Shown: piece after piece, positions 10,241 through 19,400 of the stretch
Numbering within the stretch: position 1 is the first letter of the stretch
How the letters are laid out: the number at the start of each line of letters is the position of its first letter
Assembly: GCA_016282415.1 (NCBI GenBank)
Contig: JAEEKO010000012.1
Coordinates: 1 to 40,386 of the forward strand
Length of the DNA stretch: 40,386 bases
Source: Bacillales bacterium
GTDB lineage: Bacteria > Bacillota_I > Bacilli_A > RF39 > UBA660
Reading direction: 5' to 3'
Made by a program: the position numbers and the translations under genes
Notes under the pieces: generated by a model
Seen by the model: the letters and a program-made list of their open reading frames with translations, nothing else
The model's database searches: none
What the model was told of the DNA's origin: nothing

Positions 10241-11218
10241 ATGAAAAAGTATTTGATTGTTTCAATAATCACATTGTTTTTATTAATTGGTTCTGTATTT
10301 ATTTATCAAAATCACAAATCAAATAAAGACTTGACGACTATCAAAGTAGCCGAAGTAACCCATAGTCCTTTTTATGCCCCTTTTTATGTTGCCATTGAAA
10401 ATGGTTATTTTAAGGATGAGGGATTGGACATTGATTTAATTCTAACAAGTGGTGCAGATAAAGTAAGTGCTGCCGTATTATCAAAAGATGTTGAAATTGG
10501 TTTCTGTGGTCCAGAAAGTACCATTTATATTTATAATGGTGGCGAAAAGAACTATTTAGTTAGTTTTGCCGGATTAACTAAGAAAGATGGTCAATTTATT
10601 GTTAGCCGTAAAAAGGAAAAACATTTTGAATTAACTGACTTAGCTAACAAAGAGGTTATTGTCGGACGCCTTGGAGGAATGCCTGCTATTAACTTTGATA
10701 ATGCTTTAAATAAAAAGGAAGTTAAAAATGTTAAATTGAATTATTCAGTTGAGTATGCCAATTTATCTAGTGCTTTTATTAGTGGCGTTGGCGATTATGT
10801 TAATCTATTTGAACCTAATGCCACAATCATGGAAAAAATGGGTTTTGGACATATTGTTGCTAACATTGGTTCCGAAGCTGATACGGTTCCTTATACTGCT
10901 TTTAATACTAGAAAAGCTTATGCTGAAAACAACAAAGATGTCTTAATAAAATTTAACAATGCCTTAAACAAAGGATTAGATTATGTTCATCATCATGATA
11001 GCAATGATGTTGCTAAAATCATCAGTCCCCAATTTCCAGATATAGCATTAAATGATTTAACTAAGATTGTTAAAAATTATCAAGAAGCTGATACCTGGTA
11101 TCAAAACACTTCAATTAATAAAGATGATTTTGTTAATCTTGAAAACATGTTAATAAAAAATGATCTTATTAAAAAATATGTAAGTTATGATAAGTTAATC
11201 ATTGATTTAAATGAATAG
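10241..11218 (+). CDS. ABC transporter substrate-binding protein, NMT1/THI5-like (NitT/TauT family), membrane-anchored
   Basis: I set the start at the ATG at 10241 (MKKYLIV...) because GGAGGA lies 6 nt upstream. The N-terminal hydrophobic anchor has no lipobox Cys. The motif FYVAIENGYFKDEGLDIDLILTSGADKV is typical of NMT1/SsuA-like binding proteins. Confidence 0.85.
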   Translation: MKKYLIVSIITLFLLIGSVFIYQNHKSNKDLTTIKVAEVTHSPFYAPFYVAIENGYFKDEGLDIDLILTSGADKVSAAVLSKDVEIGFCGPESTIYIYNGGEKNYLVSFAGLTKKDGQFIVSRKKEKHFELTDLANKEVIVGRLGGMPAINFDNALNKKEVKNVKLNYSVEYANLSSAFISGVGDYVNLFEPNATIMEKMGFGHIVANIGSEADTVPYTAFNTRKAYAENNKDVLIKFNNALNKGLDYVHHHDSNDVAKIISPQFPDIALNDLTKIVKNYQEADTWYQNTSINKDDFVNLENMLIKNDLIKKYVSYDKLIIDLNE

Positions 11219-11951
11219 TATCTTAGAAATTCAACATTTATCAAAACATTATTTTATTAACAAAGAGATTATTGAAGTGCTAAAAGATATCAATTTTAAA
11301 GTTAAAGATGATGAAATTATCGCTATTGTTGGGGCATCCGGATGTGGTAAATCTTCTTTACTATCAATTATTAGTAACCTACTCGATTATACTGATGGTA
11401 AAATCATTTATCGTAAACCCCTAACCTTTGGTTATATGTTTCAGTCTGATACGTTATTTCCATGGTTAACCGTTAGAGATAACTGCTTATTAGGATTAAA
11501 AATAACAAAAAAAGATTACCCTTCCAAAGAAAAAGAATTAGATTCTTTATTAAAAAAATATCATCTTGATGCTTTTAAAGATAAATATCCCCATAATTTA
11601 TCAGGAGGTATGCGCCAACGAGTGCAACTGATTAGAACAATCTTAATTAATCCGGATATTTTATTATTAGATGAACCTTTTAGTGCTTTAGATTATCAAA
11701 CACATCTTTATATTGCTGATGATGTTTATAAGTTAGTTAAAAGTAATAAAAAAGCCATGATTATTGTCACCCATGATATTGAAGAAGCTGTAAGTATTGC
11801 AGATAAAGTTATTGTATTAAGTAATCGCCCTAGTTCAATTATTAAAGAGATAGCTATTAACAAACATAATCTTAATCCCCTACAGTTTCGTAAAACTGAA
11901 AAGTTCCTAGAATACACTAATGAAATATGGGAGTTGATGAATAATGGTTGA
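11211..11951 (+). CDS. ABC transporter ATP-binding protein (NitT/TauT family)
   Basis: Walker A is GASGCGKSS, the signature motif is LSGGMRQR, and Walker B is ILLLDEP. It overlaps the upstream gene by 8 nt. Confidence 0.93.
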   Translation: MNSILEIQHLSKHYFINKEIIEVLKDINFKVKDDEIIAIVGASGCGKSSLLSIISNLLDYTDGKIIYRKPLTFGYMFQSDTLFPWLTVRDNCLLGLKITKKDYPSKEKELDSLLKKYHLDAFKDKYPHNLSGGMRQRVQLIRTILINPDILLLDEPFSALDYQTHLYIADDVYKLVKSNKKAMIIVTHDIEEAVSIADKVIVLSNRPSSIIKEIAINKHNLNPLQFRKTEKFLEYTNEIWELMNNG

Positions 11952-12732
11952 GCAAAAATATCATGATTATCTAAAAAAGCTTAAACTAGAAAAAATCATA
12001 ATCTTATTATCCCAGATTAGTATCACCATTCTCTTCTTAGGTTTATGGGAATTATTAAGTTATTTCCATGTTATTAATAGCTTTATCTTTTCATCACCAT
12101 CAATGATTATTAAAACTATTATTAATCTACTATTACAAGGACGATTAATGACCCATATTTTAATTACATTAAAAGAAGTATTTATGGCCTTTAGTTTAGG
12201 AATAATGATTAGTTTAGGAATAGCCATAATGATGTATGAAGTACCCCTACTAGCCAAAATCATTGAACCTTTCTTAACTATTATTAACTCACTACCAAAA
12301 GTTGCATTGGGTCCAATAATTATAATATGGTTTGGTGCTAATGAATTATCAATTATCGTAATGGCTCTGTTAATAAACTTAATTGTAAGTGTTTTAACAA
12401 TCTATAATGGATTAAAAGAAGTTGATGCTAACCAAATATTATTATTAAAATCGCTAGGAGCTTCAAGGTATGATATTCTCACTAATTTAGTTTTAAAATC
12501 AGCTAGAAATGCAATTATTTCTTCCTTAAAACTTAATATATCAATGACTTTAATTGGAGTTATCATGGGTGAATTTTTAGTATCAAAGTCAGGAATTGGT
12601 TACTTAATTATTTATGGCACACAAATCTTTAATTTAAATATTGTAATGAGTGGAATAATTTTATTGTGTTTTATATCAATCATACTATATCAATTAATAT
12701 TATTAATCGAAAAAAAGCAAATAAAAAAATAG
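11944..12732 (+). CDS. ABC transporter permease (BPD_transp_1 type)
   Basis: 262 aa with about six TM segments. It overlaps the ATPase stop by 8 nt. It carries an EAA-like loop region (LKSLGASRYDILTNLVLKSARNAIISSLK). Confidence 0.9.
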   Translation: MVEQKYHDYLKKLKLEKIIILLSQISITILFLGLWELLSYFHVINSFIFSSPSMIIKTIINLLLQGRLMTHILITLKEVFMAFSLGIMISLGIAIMMYEVPLLAKIIEPFLTIINSLPKVALGPIIIIWFGANELSIIVMALLINLIVSVLTIYNGLKEVDANQILLLKSLGASRYDILTNLVLKSARNAIISSLKLNISMTLIGVIMGEFLVSKSGIGYLIIYGTQIFNLNIVMSGIILLCFISIILYQLILLIEKKQIKK

Positions 12733-12749
12733 TATCAATAAATGATACT
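12731..12749. terminator. Bidirectional hairpin terminator between convergent genes
   Basis: The hairpin is AGTATCA-ATAAA-TGATACT. It is flanked by an A-run upstream and TATTTTAT downstream, between the permease stop and the WG-repeat gene stop. Confidence 0.6.
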
Positions 12750-12752
12750 ATT

Positions 12753-14468
12753 TTATCTGCCATAAAACCTTTGGCCATTCTTATATGAGTAATAATCAAT
12801 TGATGATCCTTTATTAACTAAGAAATAATGTTCATATAATGCTGGTTCAGATATTACTGAAGTTATTTCTTTTTCTTTACTAATATTATAAATAATATAA
12901 GAATTAGAATTAGTAATAAGTGCCATATAACCATAACTAGTTTCTTTTTCTAAAATTTTAATATCAATACCACTAGTTATTTCTTTACCTTTTTCATCTA
13001 ACAATACCTTTTTATTATCATCACTAGCAATATAGTAATTAGCAATTTTAGTATAAGTAATTGCATTATAACCTTTTGATAATTTCTTTAGTTTATTATT
13101 TACCAAATAATAACTATCACCATCTTTAACGATTGCCAATCCATTAATAAATACAGTAGCATCTTGATAAGAAGTCCCAACTTGTTTACCTTTTACCGTA
13201 TAATAACGGAATTCATTATTATCACAACCATTAAATAGATAAATCTTGTCTTTAGTATAACTACTTACAATACCAGAACAATCAATAACCTTTTTAACTT
13301 TATTATTAATATAAAGTTCAATCACATTATTGTTTGTTAACTTAGCATAATGTTTATAATCAGCATATGTGGTATTAAGGGTGGTAGTAACACTATCACC
13401 ATTATTATTTAAAATATATTCTTGGCCATTCTTTTTATAAACAATAACATCACCAACAAAATGTGGAGATTGATCATCATTTGAAACTAAATCAAATTTA
13501 ACCTTTTTATTAACAATTGCGCGATAACTGTAAGGCATTAAACTATCCCCAACACTATCACATGTATTTATTATTAAATCACGATCTGGGACATCCGTAA
13601 TACAAAAACGTTCTTTAGATTTAAAAGCTATAATTTTTTTAAAAGTTCTAATATTATAAATAGTTATTTGATTATCATAATAAATTGAGATAAAGTCCTT
13701 CATATCACTAATAGCAGGAATTTCCTCGGAACTCTTATCTTTAAAACTAGTAATAACTTTACCGTTATGATTCAATAATTTATATTTATCTTTATGCTTT
13801 AATAGCACATAATTATCGGTAAAATTGATTATTTCAAAACCAATTTCATCATATATTTTTTTACCTTTAGCATTTATTAAATAATAATCTGAATCATAAT
13901 CAGTAAGAAAGTATAATGGCCCTTCATTAAATACATATGGATATTTGCCAAACTTAACAACCATTTTTCCTTTATTGTTAATAACTCCAAATTCACCATT
14001 TTTATTAGTTACTAATGACGCATTATTATTAAAACTAGTTACCGTAGTAAATTCAAACTCACTTAATTGTTTACCAGCATCATTAAATAAAGCATATATT
14101 CCTTCACCATTTTCAAGATAGAAGGCATCAGTTTTTAAAACATCAAAATTTTTAATATAATTATTATGAATACTAATAATTCCAATAACTATTGCTATTA
14201 CTATAATTACAGGAATAGGTATTAACCATAATTTATTAAACTTGATTGATGGTAATTTAATTTCTTTTGTTTTTTTACTATTTGATTTGGTTTTTTTAGG
14301 TTTCTTCGAAACATTTATTTTTAATTTAGGTAGTTTTATAGTTTTATCATCATCAATAATATCTTTTTTTTCAATTAATGTTCCGGTTTCTGGATCATTA
14401 ATATAGGTTGGTTCTTTTTTATTATCAAACGTATTCTCATCATTAACATAATTAATGAATTTACCCAT
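12753..14468 (-). CDS. Membrane-anchored WG-repeat (KWG-like) protein
   Basis: 571 aa. A Lys-rich cytoplasmic N-terminus precedes one TM (WLIPIPVIIVIAIVIGIISI). Repeats follow, such as NKNGEFGVINNKGKMVVKF, YYLINAKGKKIY, YKLLNHNGKVITSF and VLLDEKGKEITS. The RBS is GGTGA. Confidence 0.75.
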   Translation of the reverse strand: MGKFINYVNDENTFDNKKEPTYINDPETGTLIEKKDIIDDDKTIKLPKLKINVSKKPKKTKSNSKKTKEIKLPSIKFNKLWLIPIPVIIVIAIVIGIISIHNNYIKNFDVLKTDAFYLENGEGIYALFNDAGKQLSEFEFTTVTSFNNNASLVTNKNGEFGVINNKGKMVVKFGKYPYVFNEGPLYFLTDYDSDYYLINAKGKKIYDEIGFEIINFTDNYVLLKHKDKYKLLNHNGKVITSFKDKSSEEIPAISDMKDFISIYYDNQITIYNIRTFKKIIAFKSKERFCITDVPDRDLIINTCDSVGDSLMPYSYRAIVNKKVKFDLVSNDDQSPHFVGDVIVYKKNGQEYILNNNGDSVTTTLNTTYADYKHYAKLTNNNVIELYINNKVKKVIDCSGIVSSYTKDKIYLFNGCDNNEFRYYTVKGKQVGTSYQDATVFINGLAIVKDGDSYYLVNNKLKKLSKGYNAITYTKIANYYIASDDNKKVLLDEKGKEITSGIDIKILEKETSYGYMALITNSNSYIIYNISKEKEITSVISEPALYEHYFLVNKGSSIDYYSYKNGQRFYGR

Positions 14469-14568
14469 ATAATATCACCATCCGATCATAAAATTATTAT
14501 ATCAATAATATAATTTGCAAACAAGTCAAAATATGATAAAATATCATATAGAAAAAGGGATGAGGCTG

Positions 14569-15084
14569 ATGAATAATAAGAAAATATATATTGTTCTAAG
14601 TTTTACAGGAACTGCTCCCGCTACTTTAATTCGTATGTTTACTCGCAAAAAATATAGTCATTCATCAATTGCCTTAGACAAAGAATTAAATGAGATGTAC
14701 AGTTTTGGTAGACTTAACCCATATAATCCTTTTAAAGGTGGCTTTGTTCACGAAGGAATCTATCGTGGAACCTTTAATCGCTTTAAAAAAACTAAAGCTA
14801 AAGTGTTAGAAATCGATGTTACCGAAGAAGATTATAATCGTATTAGTGACGAAATAGCTAGTTTTAAAAATGGAAAATGGAAATATAATTATTTAGGTGT
14901 ACTGTTATACCCATTAAAAAAAGCAATTCGTTTTAAAAATCGCTTTTATTGTTCAGAATTTGTTAAACATCTACTTGATTTAACTAATGTTGATTTTGCT
15001 TTACCAGAAGTTGTTGAACCATATGATTTTAACAGTATTGAAAAATCTAATGTTATTTATGAAGGAATATTAAGAAAGTATTAA
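14569..15084 (+). CDS. Permuted papain-fold (NlpC/P60-like, YiiX/DUF830-like) protein
   Basis: The His-then-Cys order (KKYSHSSIAL ... RFYCSEFVKHLL) resembles the YiiX family. The start is uncertain: ATGs occur at 14515, 14533, 14560 and 14569. I chose 14569 because the purine-rich GGGATGAGG lies just upstream. Confidence 0.55.
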   Translation: MNNKKIYIVLSFTGTAPATLIRMFTRKKYSHSSIALDKELNEMYSFGRLNPYNPFKGGFVHEGIYRGTFNRFKKTKAKVLEIDVTEEDYNRISDEIASFKNGKWKYNYLGVLLYPLKKAIRFKNRFYCSEFVKHLLDLTNVDFALPEVVEPYDFNSIEKSNVIYEGILRKY

Positions 15085-15097
15085 TATTCTTTTTTTA

Positions 15098-16354
15098 TTA
15101 ATATAAATTAGTCGGGTAAACTGATATTACTGGACGAACTCCATATTTATTACTAGTAGTCTTATCTTCAACAGATAATCGTCCATTATGATCAACAAGC
15201 CATGCATCACTAGTATTAACATTTAATAAATCACTTGTCCAATATCCAGAAGGAGCGCCTTGTTCATCAAGATATTCATAAGTACAACCACTATATGTAC
15301 ATTCTTTAGTATAGTCAAATAACCACGCTGCTTTTTGCTGAGCAGCACTATTCTCACAGTATGTTTCACCATTGTATGTTGGATAATCTTTAACATGGGA
15401 GCCAAAGCAGAACCAATCATCATCAGTTTCAAGATCAAAACTCCATCCATTTTTTGGATTTATTGCAAGTGATGCATCAATTATATCTTGTGCAGTAGGA
15501 AGTTCAACACTTAAAGCGGAACTCCAAGCTTGCTTAACTGTATAACCCGTATTACCTTGATTAAAGAATGTTAATGCATTAGCATAACTCATAGTTGTAG
15601 CATTACCAATTAAATCAGTTACATTTTTTTCAAATATTAACTTAACCGTATTATTAATTGGATTTCTACCCAATAGATAGAAAGTACGTGTAACGCCATC
15701 CCCTAAACTACATTCATATTTAGCACCAACTTCACCAGCATTACCATAAGCATTACTAACAAAGTGACATATTTGTTGTCTCATACGAAAATCGTATTCA
15801 TTGGTAGCTTCACTGGTAACACGCGTTTCTAGATAAACGTACTTTCCAGCTTCAGAACTAGGAATATCATTATCTAACCAAACATCAATATTATGGGTTG
15901 CTGAAGAATTTGGATTTAATAACGAAGATCCAAATTGATAATAAGTAACGCCACCTTCAACATAAGTTGATAACGTCGACATACGTAATGGATGACTATC
16001 AATAGCAATCCAGATATATTGTGGATTAACTAACTCTCCACTAAAGTTGGCAGGAGGATTAAAAAAAAATTCAAATTTATAGATTGCACCATAAACAGAT
16101 GCACTAGTTGACGATACAGTAACTTGAAAATCATGCTCAGCTAAAGCTTCCTGGTTAGTCATCGAATATATATTTCCCGATATAGTTGGACTACCAGAAG
16201 AATATGTTACATTAAACGCCTGTGTTTTTTGATTATAAGTAGTTAATTGACTATCAGTTTTAAATAATGCAAAAGAAGAACTAATAATGGTTAAAATCAT
16301 TAATATAATGATTGCAACAAATAAGCCAATTTGTTTCTTTATTAGTCCTCTCAT
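15098..16354 (-). CDS. Secreted protein with a SipW-cognate-type signal peptide and a Cys-rich DUF1566/DUF6273-like C-terminal domain
   Basis: The N-terminus is MRGLIKKQIGLFVAIIILMILTIISSSFALFKTDSQ; the A-x-F-x-(T)D motif after the h-region matches TasA/camelysin substrates. The C-terminus reads GYWTSDLL...DAWLVDHNGRLS...KYGVRPVISV. The strong RBS AGGAGGG lies 11 nt after the sipW stop. Confidence 0.75.
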   Translation of the reverse strand: MRGLIKKQIGLFVAIIILMILTIISSSFALFKTDSQLTTYNQKTQAFNVTYSSGSPTISGNIYSMTNQEALAEHDFQVTVSSTSASVYGAIYKFEFFFNPPANFSGELVNPQYIWIAIDSHPLRMSTLSTYVEGGVTYYQFGSSLLNPNSSATHNIDVWLDNDIPSSEAGKYVYLETRVTSEATNEYDFRMRQQICHFVSNAYGNAGEVGAKYECSLGDGVTRTFYLLGRNPINNTVKLIFEKNVTDLIGNATTMSYANALTFFNQGNTGYTVKQAWSSALSVELPTAQDIIDASLAINPKNGWSFDLETDDDWFCFGSHVKDYPTYNGETYCENSAAQQKAAWLFDYTKECTYSGCTYEYLDEQGAPSGYWTSDLLNVNTSDAWLVDHNGRLSVEDKTTSNKYGVRPVISVYPTNLY

Positions 16355-16365
16355 TATAAACCCTC

Positions 16366-17106
16366 CTATTGTTTCAATTTAGGTAATTCTATCGGTTCAT
16401 CATCAATGTCTACTTTATTTAATTTTACCTTTATTTCTTCTTTCTTAAATTCTTCTTTTTCCTTTTTAATACTTTTTTCTTCTTCACTATCACTATCTAG
16501 TAATGAAACTTTTTTATTAATTTTTAACATTCTTATTAATTTAACAATATCCGTAATCAATATTACTACTGCTGGAATAAAGATTACTAATAACCATCCT
16601 CCACGACTTGCTAAGAAATACTGAATACGTCCTAATTGCGGAATACGGTATTTAACTTTTCCTAAAACATTATCTTGGCTTACTAAAGAACTATCAACGC
16701 TCTTATTATTATCACCTTTAGTAGTAAAGTAATATCTACCACCGACTTTTTTAATATCGGTTACACGGTGTGTAACAGTCATTCCTTTAGATATACTTGA
16801 TTCTGATTTAAAAGTAATTACATCATTTACTTTTACGGTTCTAAAATCACGAATTGGAAGATCAATTATAACATCATAAACTCTAATGTTAGGTTCCATT
16901 GATGGACTAACAATAGTATATAATGAGAATAATGGTTCATATCCTCTACCCTTTTTAGAATAACGATAACTTGCTACTACACAATAAACTAATAAAACAG
17001 CAATAATCAATAATAATATAAATACAGTCCATGCAATAACATCTTTAAGAAAATTAAACATGCCAACAAATGACCAATATCTTCTTTCACCTTTTTTATT
17101 CTTCAT
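16366..17106 (-). CDS. sipW: Signal peptidase I, SipW/archaeal-ER type
   Basis: Motifs seen are SPSMEPNIRVYDVII (catalytic Ser), VTHRV (His) and KGDNN, plus a second C-terminal TM and a charged tail. I set the start at the ATG at 17106 because AGGTGG lies 8 nt upstream. Confidence 0.85.
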   Translation of the reverse strand: MKNKKGERRYWSFVGMFNFLKDVIAWTVFILLLIIAVLLVYCVVASYRYSKKGRGYEPLFSLYTIVSPSMEPNIRVYDVIIDLPIRDFRTVKVNDVITFKSESSISKGMTVTHRVTDIKKVGGRYYFTTKGDNNKSVDSSLVSQDNVLGKVKYRIPQLGRIQYFLASRGGWLLVIFIPAVVILITDIVKLIRMLKINKKVSLLDSDSEEEKSIKKEKEEFKKEEIKVKLNKVDIDDEPIELPKLKQ

Positions 17107-17192
17107 AACGGTTACCACCTATCATAATAATTATATAAATTTTTTTGATTTAAAACAATAGTAAAAACCAAGTTATAGTCGGTTTTTTCATA

Positions 17193-17771
17193 TTATTCCA
17201 CATTATCAACAATTAATACGCCCGCAAATGTCTTATTCATATCAACACTTTGATCATAATCACGATTTTTATAATCAACGTAAACGTTAATATTATGTTC
17301 ATCCCCTTTAACAAGAGATACATCAGCTAGGATAACACTATCCGTTTTAGGGAAACTTCCTTCAGCGATTCGGCGATCATTAATATCAATGTAATAAACT
17401 AAATCTTGGTAATTAACAAAATCATTGGTTACATTTATCCACTTAAGGTTATATTTTAAATCTGCATCACTTTTATTAGTTATTTTAATTTCCTTGATAA
17501 TACTCATTTGACCTGGTACTACATCAGTAGTTTTTATAGGTTTAACCTCTGATCCAGTAGGATAAACAACTTTAATAACTTTGGTAACAGTCTTTTCAGG
17601 AAGTTCTTCACTACTTTCATCAGATACATCAGTTACTGGTTCAGATTCATAGGTATCAACAAAACGATAAAAATATAAACACGTACTAAATATTGCAAAT
17701 AAAAAGCATAATGAAAACAAGATATAAAGAAAGTATCCGTTATGTTTTTTCTCATTTCTTGTTTCATTCAT
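17193..17771 (-). CDS. Membrane-anchored camelysin/TasA-like beta-sandwich protein (weak family call)
   Basis: An N-terminal TM (YFLYILFSLCFLFAIFSTCLYFY) is followed by VVPGQMSIIKEIKITNKSDADLKYNLKW, which resembles the PGD...N.G...Y motif of the Peptidase_M73/TasA family. The start is the ATG at 17771, with RBS AGGTGA 5 nt upstream. It abuts the upstream stop. Confidence 0.65.
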   Translation of the reverse strand: MNETRNEKKHNGYFLYILFSLCFLFAIFSTCLYFYRFVDTYESEPVTDVSDESSEELPEKTVTKVIKVVYPTGSEVKPIKTTDVVPGQMSIIKEIKITNKSDADLKYNLKWINVTNDFVNYQDLVYYIDINDRRIAEGSFPKTDSVILADVSLVKGDEHNINVYVDYKNRDYDQSVDMNKTFAGVLIVDNVE

Positions 17772-17780
17772 GCCTATCAC

Positions 17781-19358
17781 CTATTTTAATTTAATAAAAT
17801 AACTACGATTTCTTAATGATATTACTAATCTTATGTCAGTACTATTAATAAATCTTTTATCTACTTGTAATAGCGTTACTCCTTTTAAATCACTTGGAGT
17901 TATATCCATTACATCACTCATCAAATAATTATCACCATATTTATAATAAATACTACCATGATTATTATACAATTCTTTTTTACTTATTTTGTTTGCATAA
18001 TAATTAATATTACTTGAAATAAATTCATCTTTTAATCCAAGAACTGCATAACCAAATCCATAATTGGAATAATCTGGTGTAACTACTTTTTTAATACCGT
18101 TAACGGTATATTCGTAATATCCACCTAAATATGCTTCAAAAACAGTTAATTTGGAACTACCAATAATTGATCCTTTAAAAACCATTCCCTTATTTAATCC
18201 AACTTCATTAATTTTATTAGAAGATAAAATTTTATTTGGACTTAATTTAATATACTTCTTAGTAGCAACTAAATCATTCTTATGAACATTATATTCATTA
18301 ATAATTAATAAACTGAATTTCTTATTTATTTTCTTTTTAGGTATTTCATAAATTATTGCATATGTTTTAGTAGCCTTTGGTCTTATTTTTTCACCACGAT
18401 AAGGGACTCCTAAATCACTAAAGTAATCACTACGATCATAGATTGGATAATAATACTCACCATCTACTTCTAATGTTAAATCTTTCTTTTGTAGTTTTAG
18501 TGAATTACTAGTAATATTAGTTGCATCAATACTGATACCTAAATAATACTTATCATCTTTATTGTTATTACCGCGATAATCTAAGTTAGTTAAGATACTA
18601 GAATTAATTTTATATTTAAATCCATTGATATTAACCACTTGCATTTGTTTATAGGTACGATGATATAAAATGTAATTATAGAATCCAAAAATTGCTAAAC
18701 CGACAGCTGCAATAATACCAATAATGGTAATAATAAATTGATTTTCAAAGAAATAATATTTAAATTCTCGAATATAACGATGAATTTTTCTTTTTAATTT
18801 ATAATTATCACGATCAAATGAGATTTCTACTTCTTCACTATCTTTTTCTTCGATTTCAAGTTCTTTAAGATCTTTATTAAAATCAAATTTTTTAATATCA
18901 AATCCAATCGCACGAATAATATCGTAAATTAAGAAGAAATATTGTGGTAAATACAAGATTAATGAAACATCACGATAAATTCGAACGGAAGTAATTTTCA
19001 TTATTTCATCTTCTAATGATGCTAAACCGGAATAAGCAATAGTAAAACCAATCATTAAAATAATATAGTAAATAATAATGCCTAAATAAAGTTTGATTGA
19101 TTTTTTCTTTATCAAGAATAAGTAAGTAATTACAATAACAATCGCTAATATTAGGATTACTGCTAAATACATAAAGACATTAACATAACTACTTGCTAAA
19201 TTATTAGCATATTCATAATTACCATTAGTAGCATAACTACCAAAGAATGAAACAATACGACTAGTACGATATAATACGTAGATAATAGGGAGAATCAATA
19301 TAGCATGGATTAAACGAAAGTGTTTAATTAAAAACGCGTAAGGCTTTTTAAATACCAT
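17781..19358 (-). CDS. Polytopic membrane protein with a DUF4352-like extracellular domain
   Basis: 525 aa with about five TM helices. The segment LGISIDATNITSNSLKLQKKDLTLEVDGEYYYP...IRPKATKTYAIIYEIPKK follows the DUF4352 Ig-like pattern. The RBS is AAGGAGG. Confidence 0.7.
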   Translation of the reverse strand: MVFKKPYAFLIKHFRLIHAILILPIIYVLYRTSRIVSFFGSYATNGNYEYANNLASSYVNVFMYLAVILILAIVIVITYLFLIKKKSIKLYLGIIIYYIILMIGFTIAYSGLASLEDEIMKITSVRIYRDVSLILYLPQYFFLIYDIIRAIGFDIKKFDFNKDLKELEIEEKDSEEVEISFDRDNYKLKRKIHRYIREFKYYFFENQFIITIIGIIAAVGLAIFGFYNYILYHRTYKQMQVVNINGFKYKINSSILTNLDYRGNNNKDDKYYLGISIDATNITSNSLKLQKKDLTLEVDGEYYYPIYDRSDYFSDLGVPYRGEKIRPKATKTYAIIYEIPKKKINKKFSLLIINEYNVHKNDLVATKKYIKLSPNKILSSNKINEVGLNKGMVFKGSIIGSSKLTVFEAYLGGYYEYTVNGIKKVVTPDYSNYGFGYAVLGLKDEFISSNINYYANKISKKELYNNHGSIYYKYGDNYLMSDVMDITPSDLKGVTLLQVDKRFINSTDIRLVISLRNRSYFIKLK

Positions 19359-19385
19359 TCATATCTCCTCCTTATTCTATCTTTT

Positions 19386-19394
19386 ATTATAACA
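19386..19394 (-). promoter_or_regulatory. Extended -10 element TGTTATAAT upstream of the 525-aa gene
   Basis: The minus strand reads GATATGTTATAATAAAAGATAGAATAAGGAGGAGATATGAATG. Confidence 0.5.
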
Positions 19395-19400
19395 TATCAA

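Noticed and set aside
17119-17192. Terminator and promoter in the 74-nt gap upstream of sipW
   Set aside because: The stem AAAAACC/GGTTTTT has an 11-nt loop and its U-run is partly inside the stem. TTGTTT-17-TATAAT is plausible but weak. This is not enough to decide whether sipW is transcribed separately from the two upstream genes.
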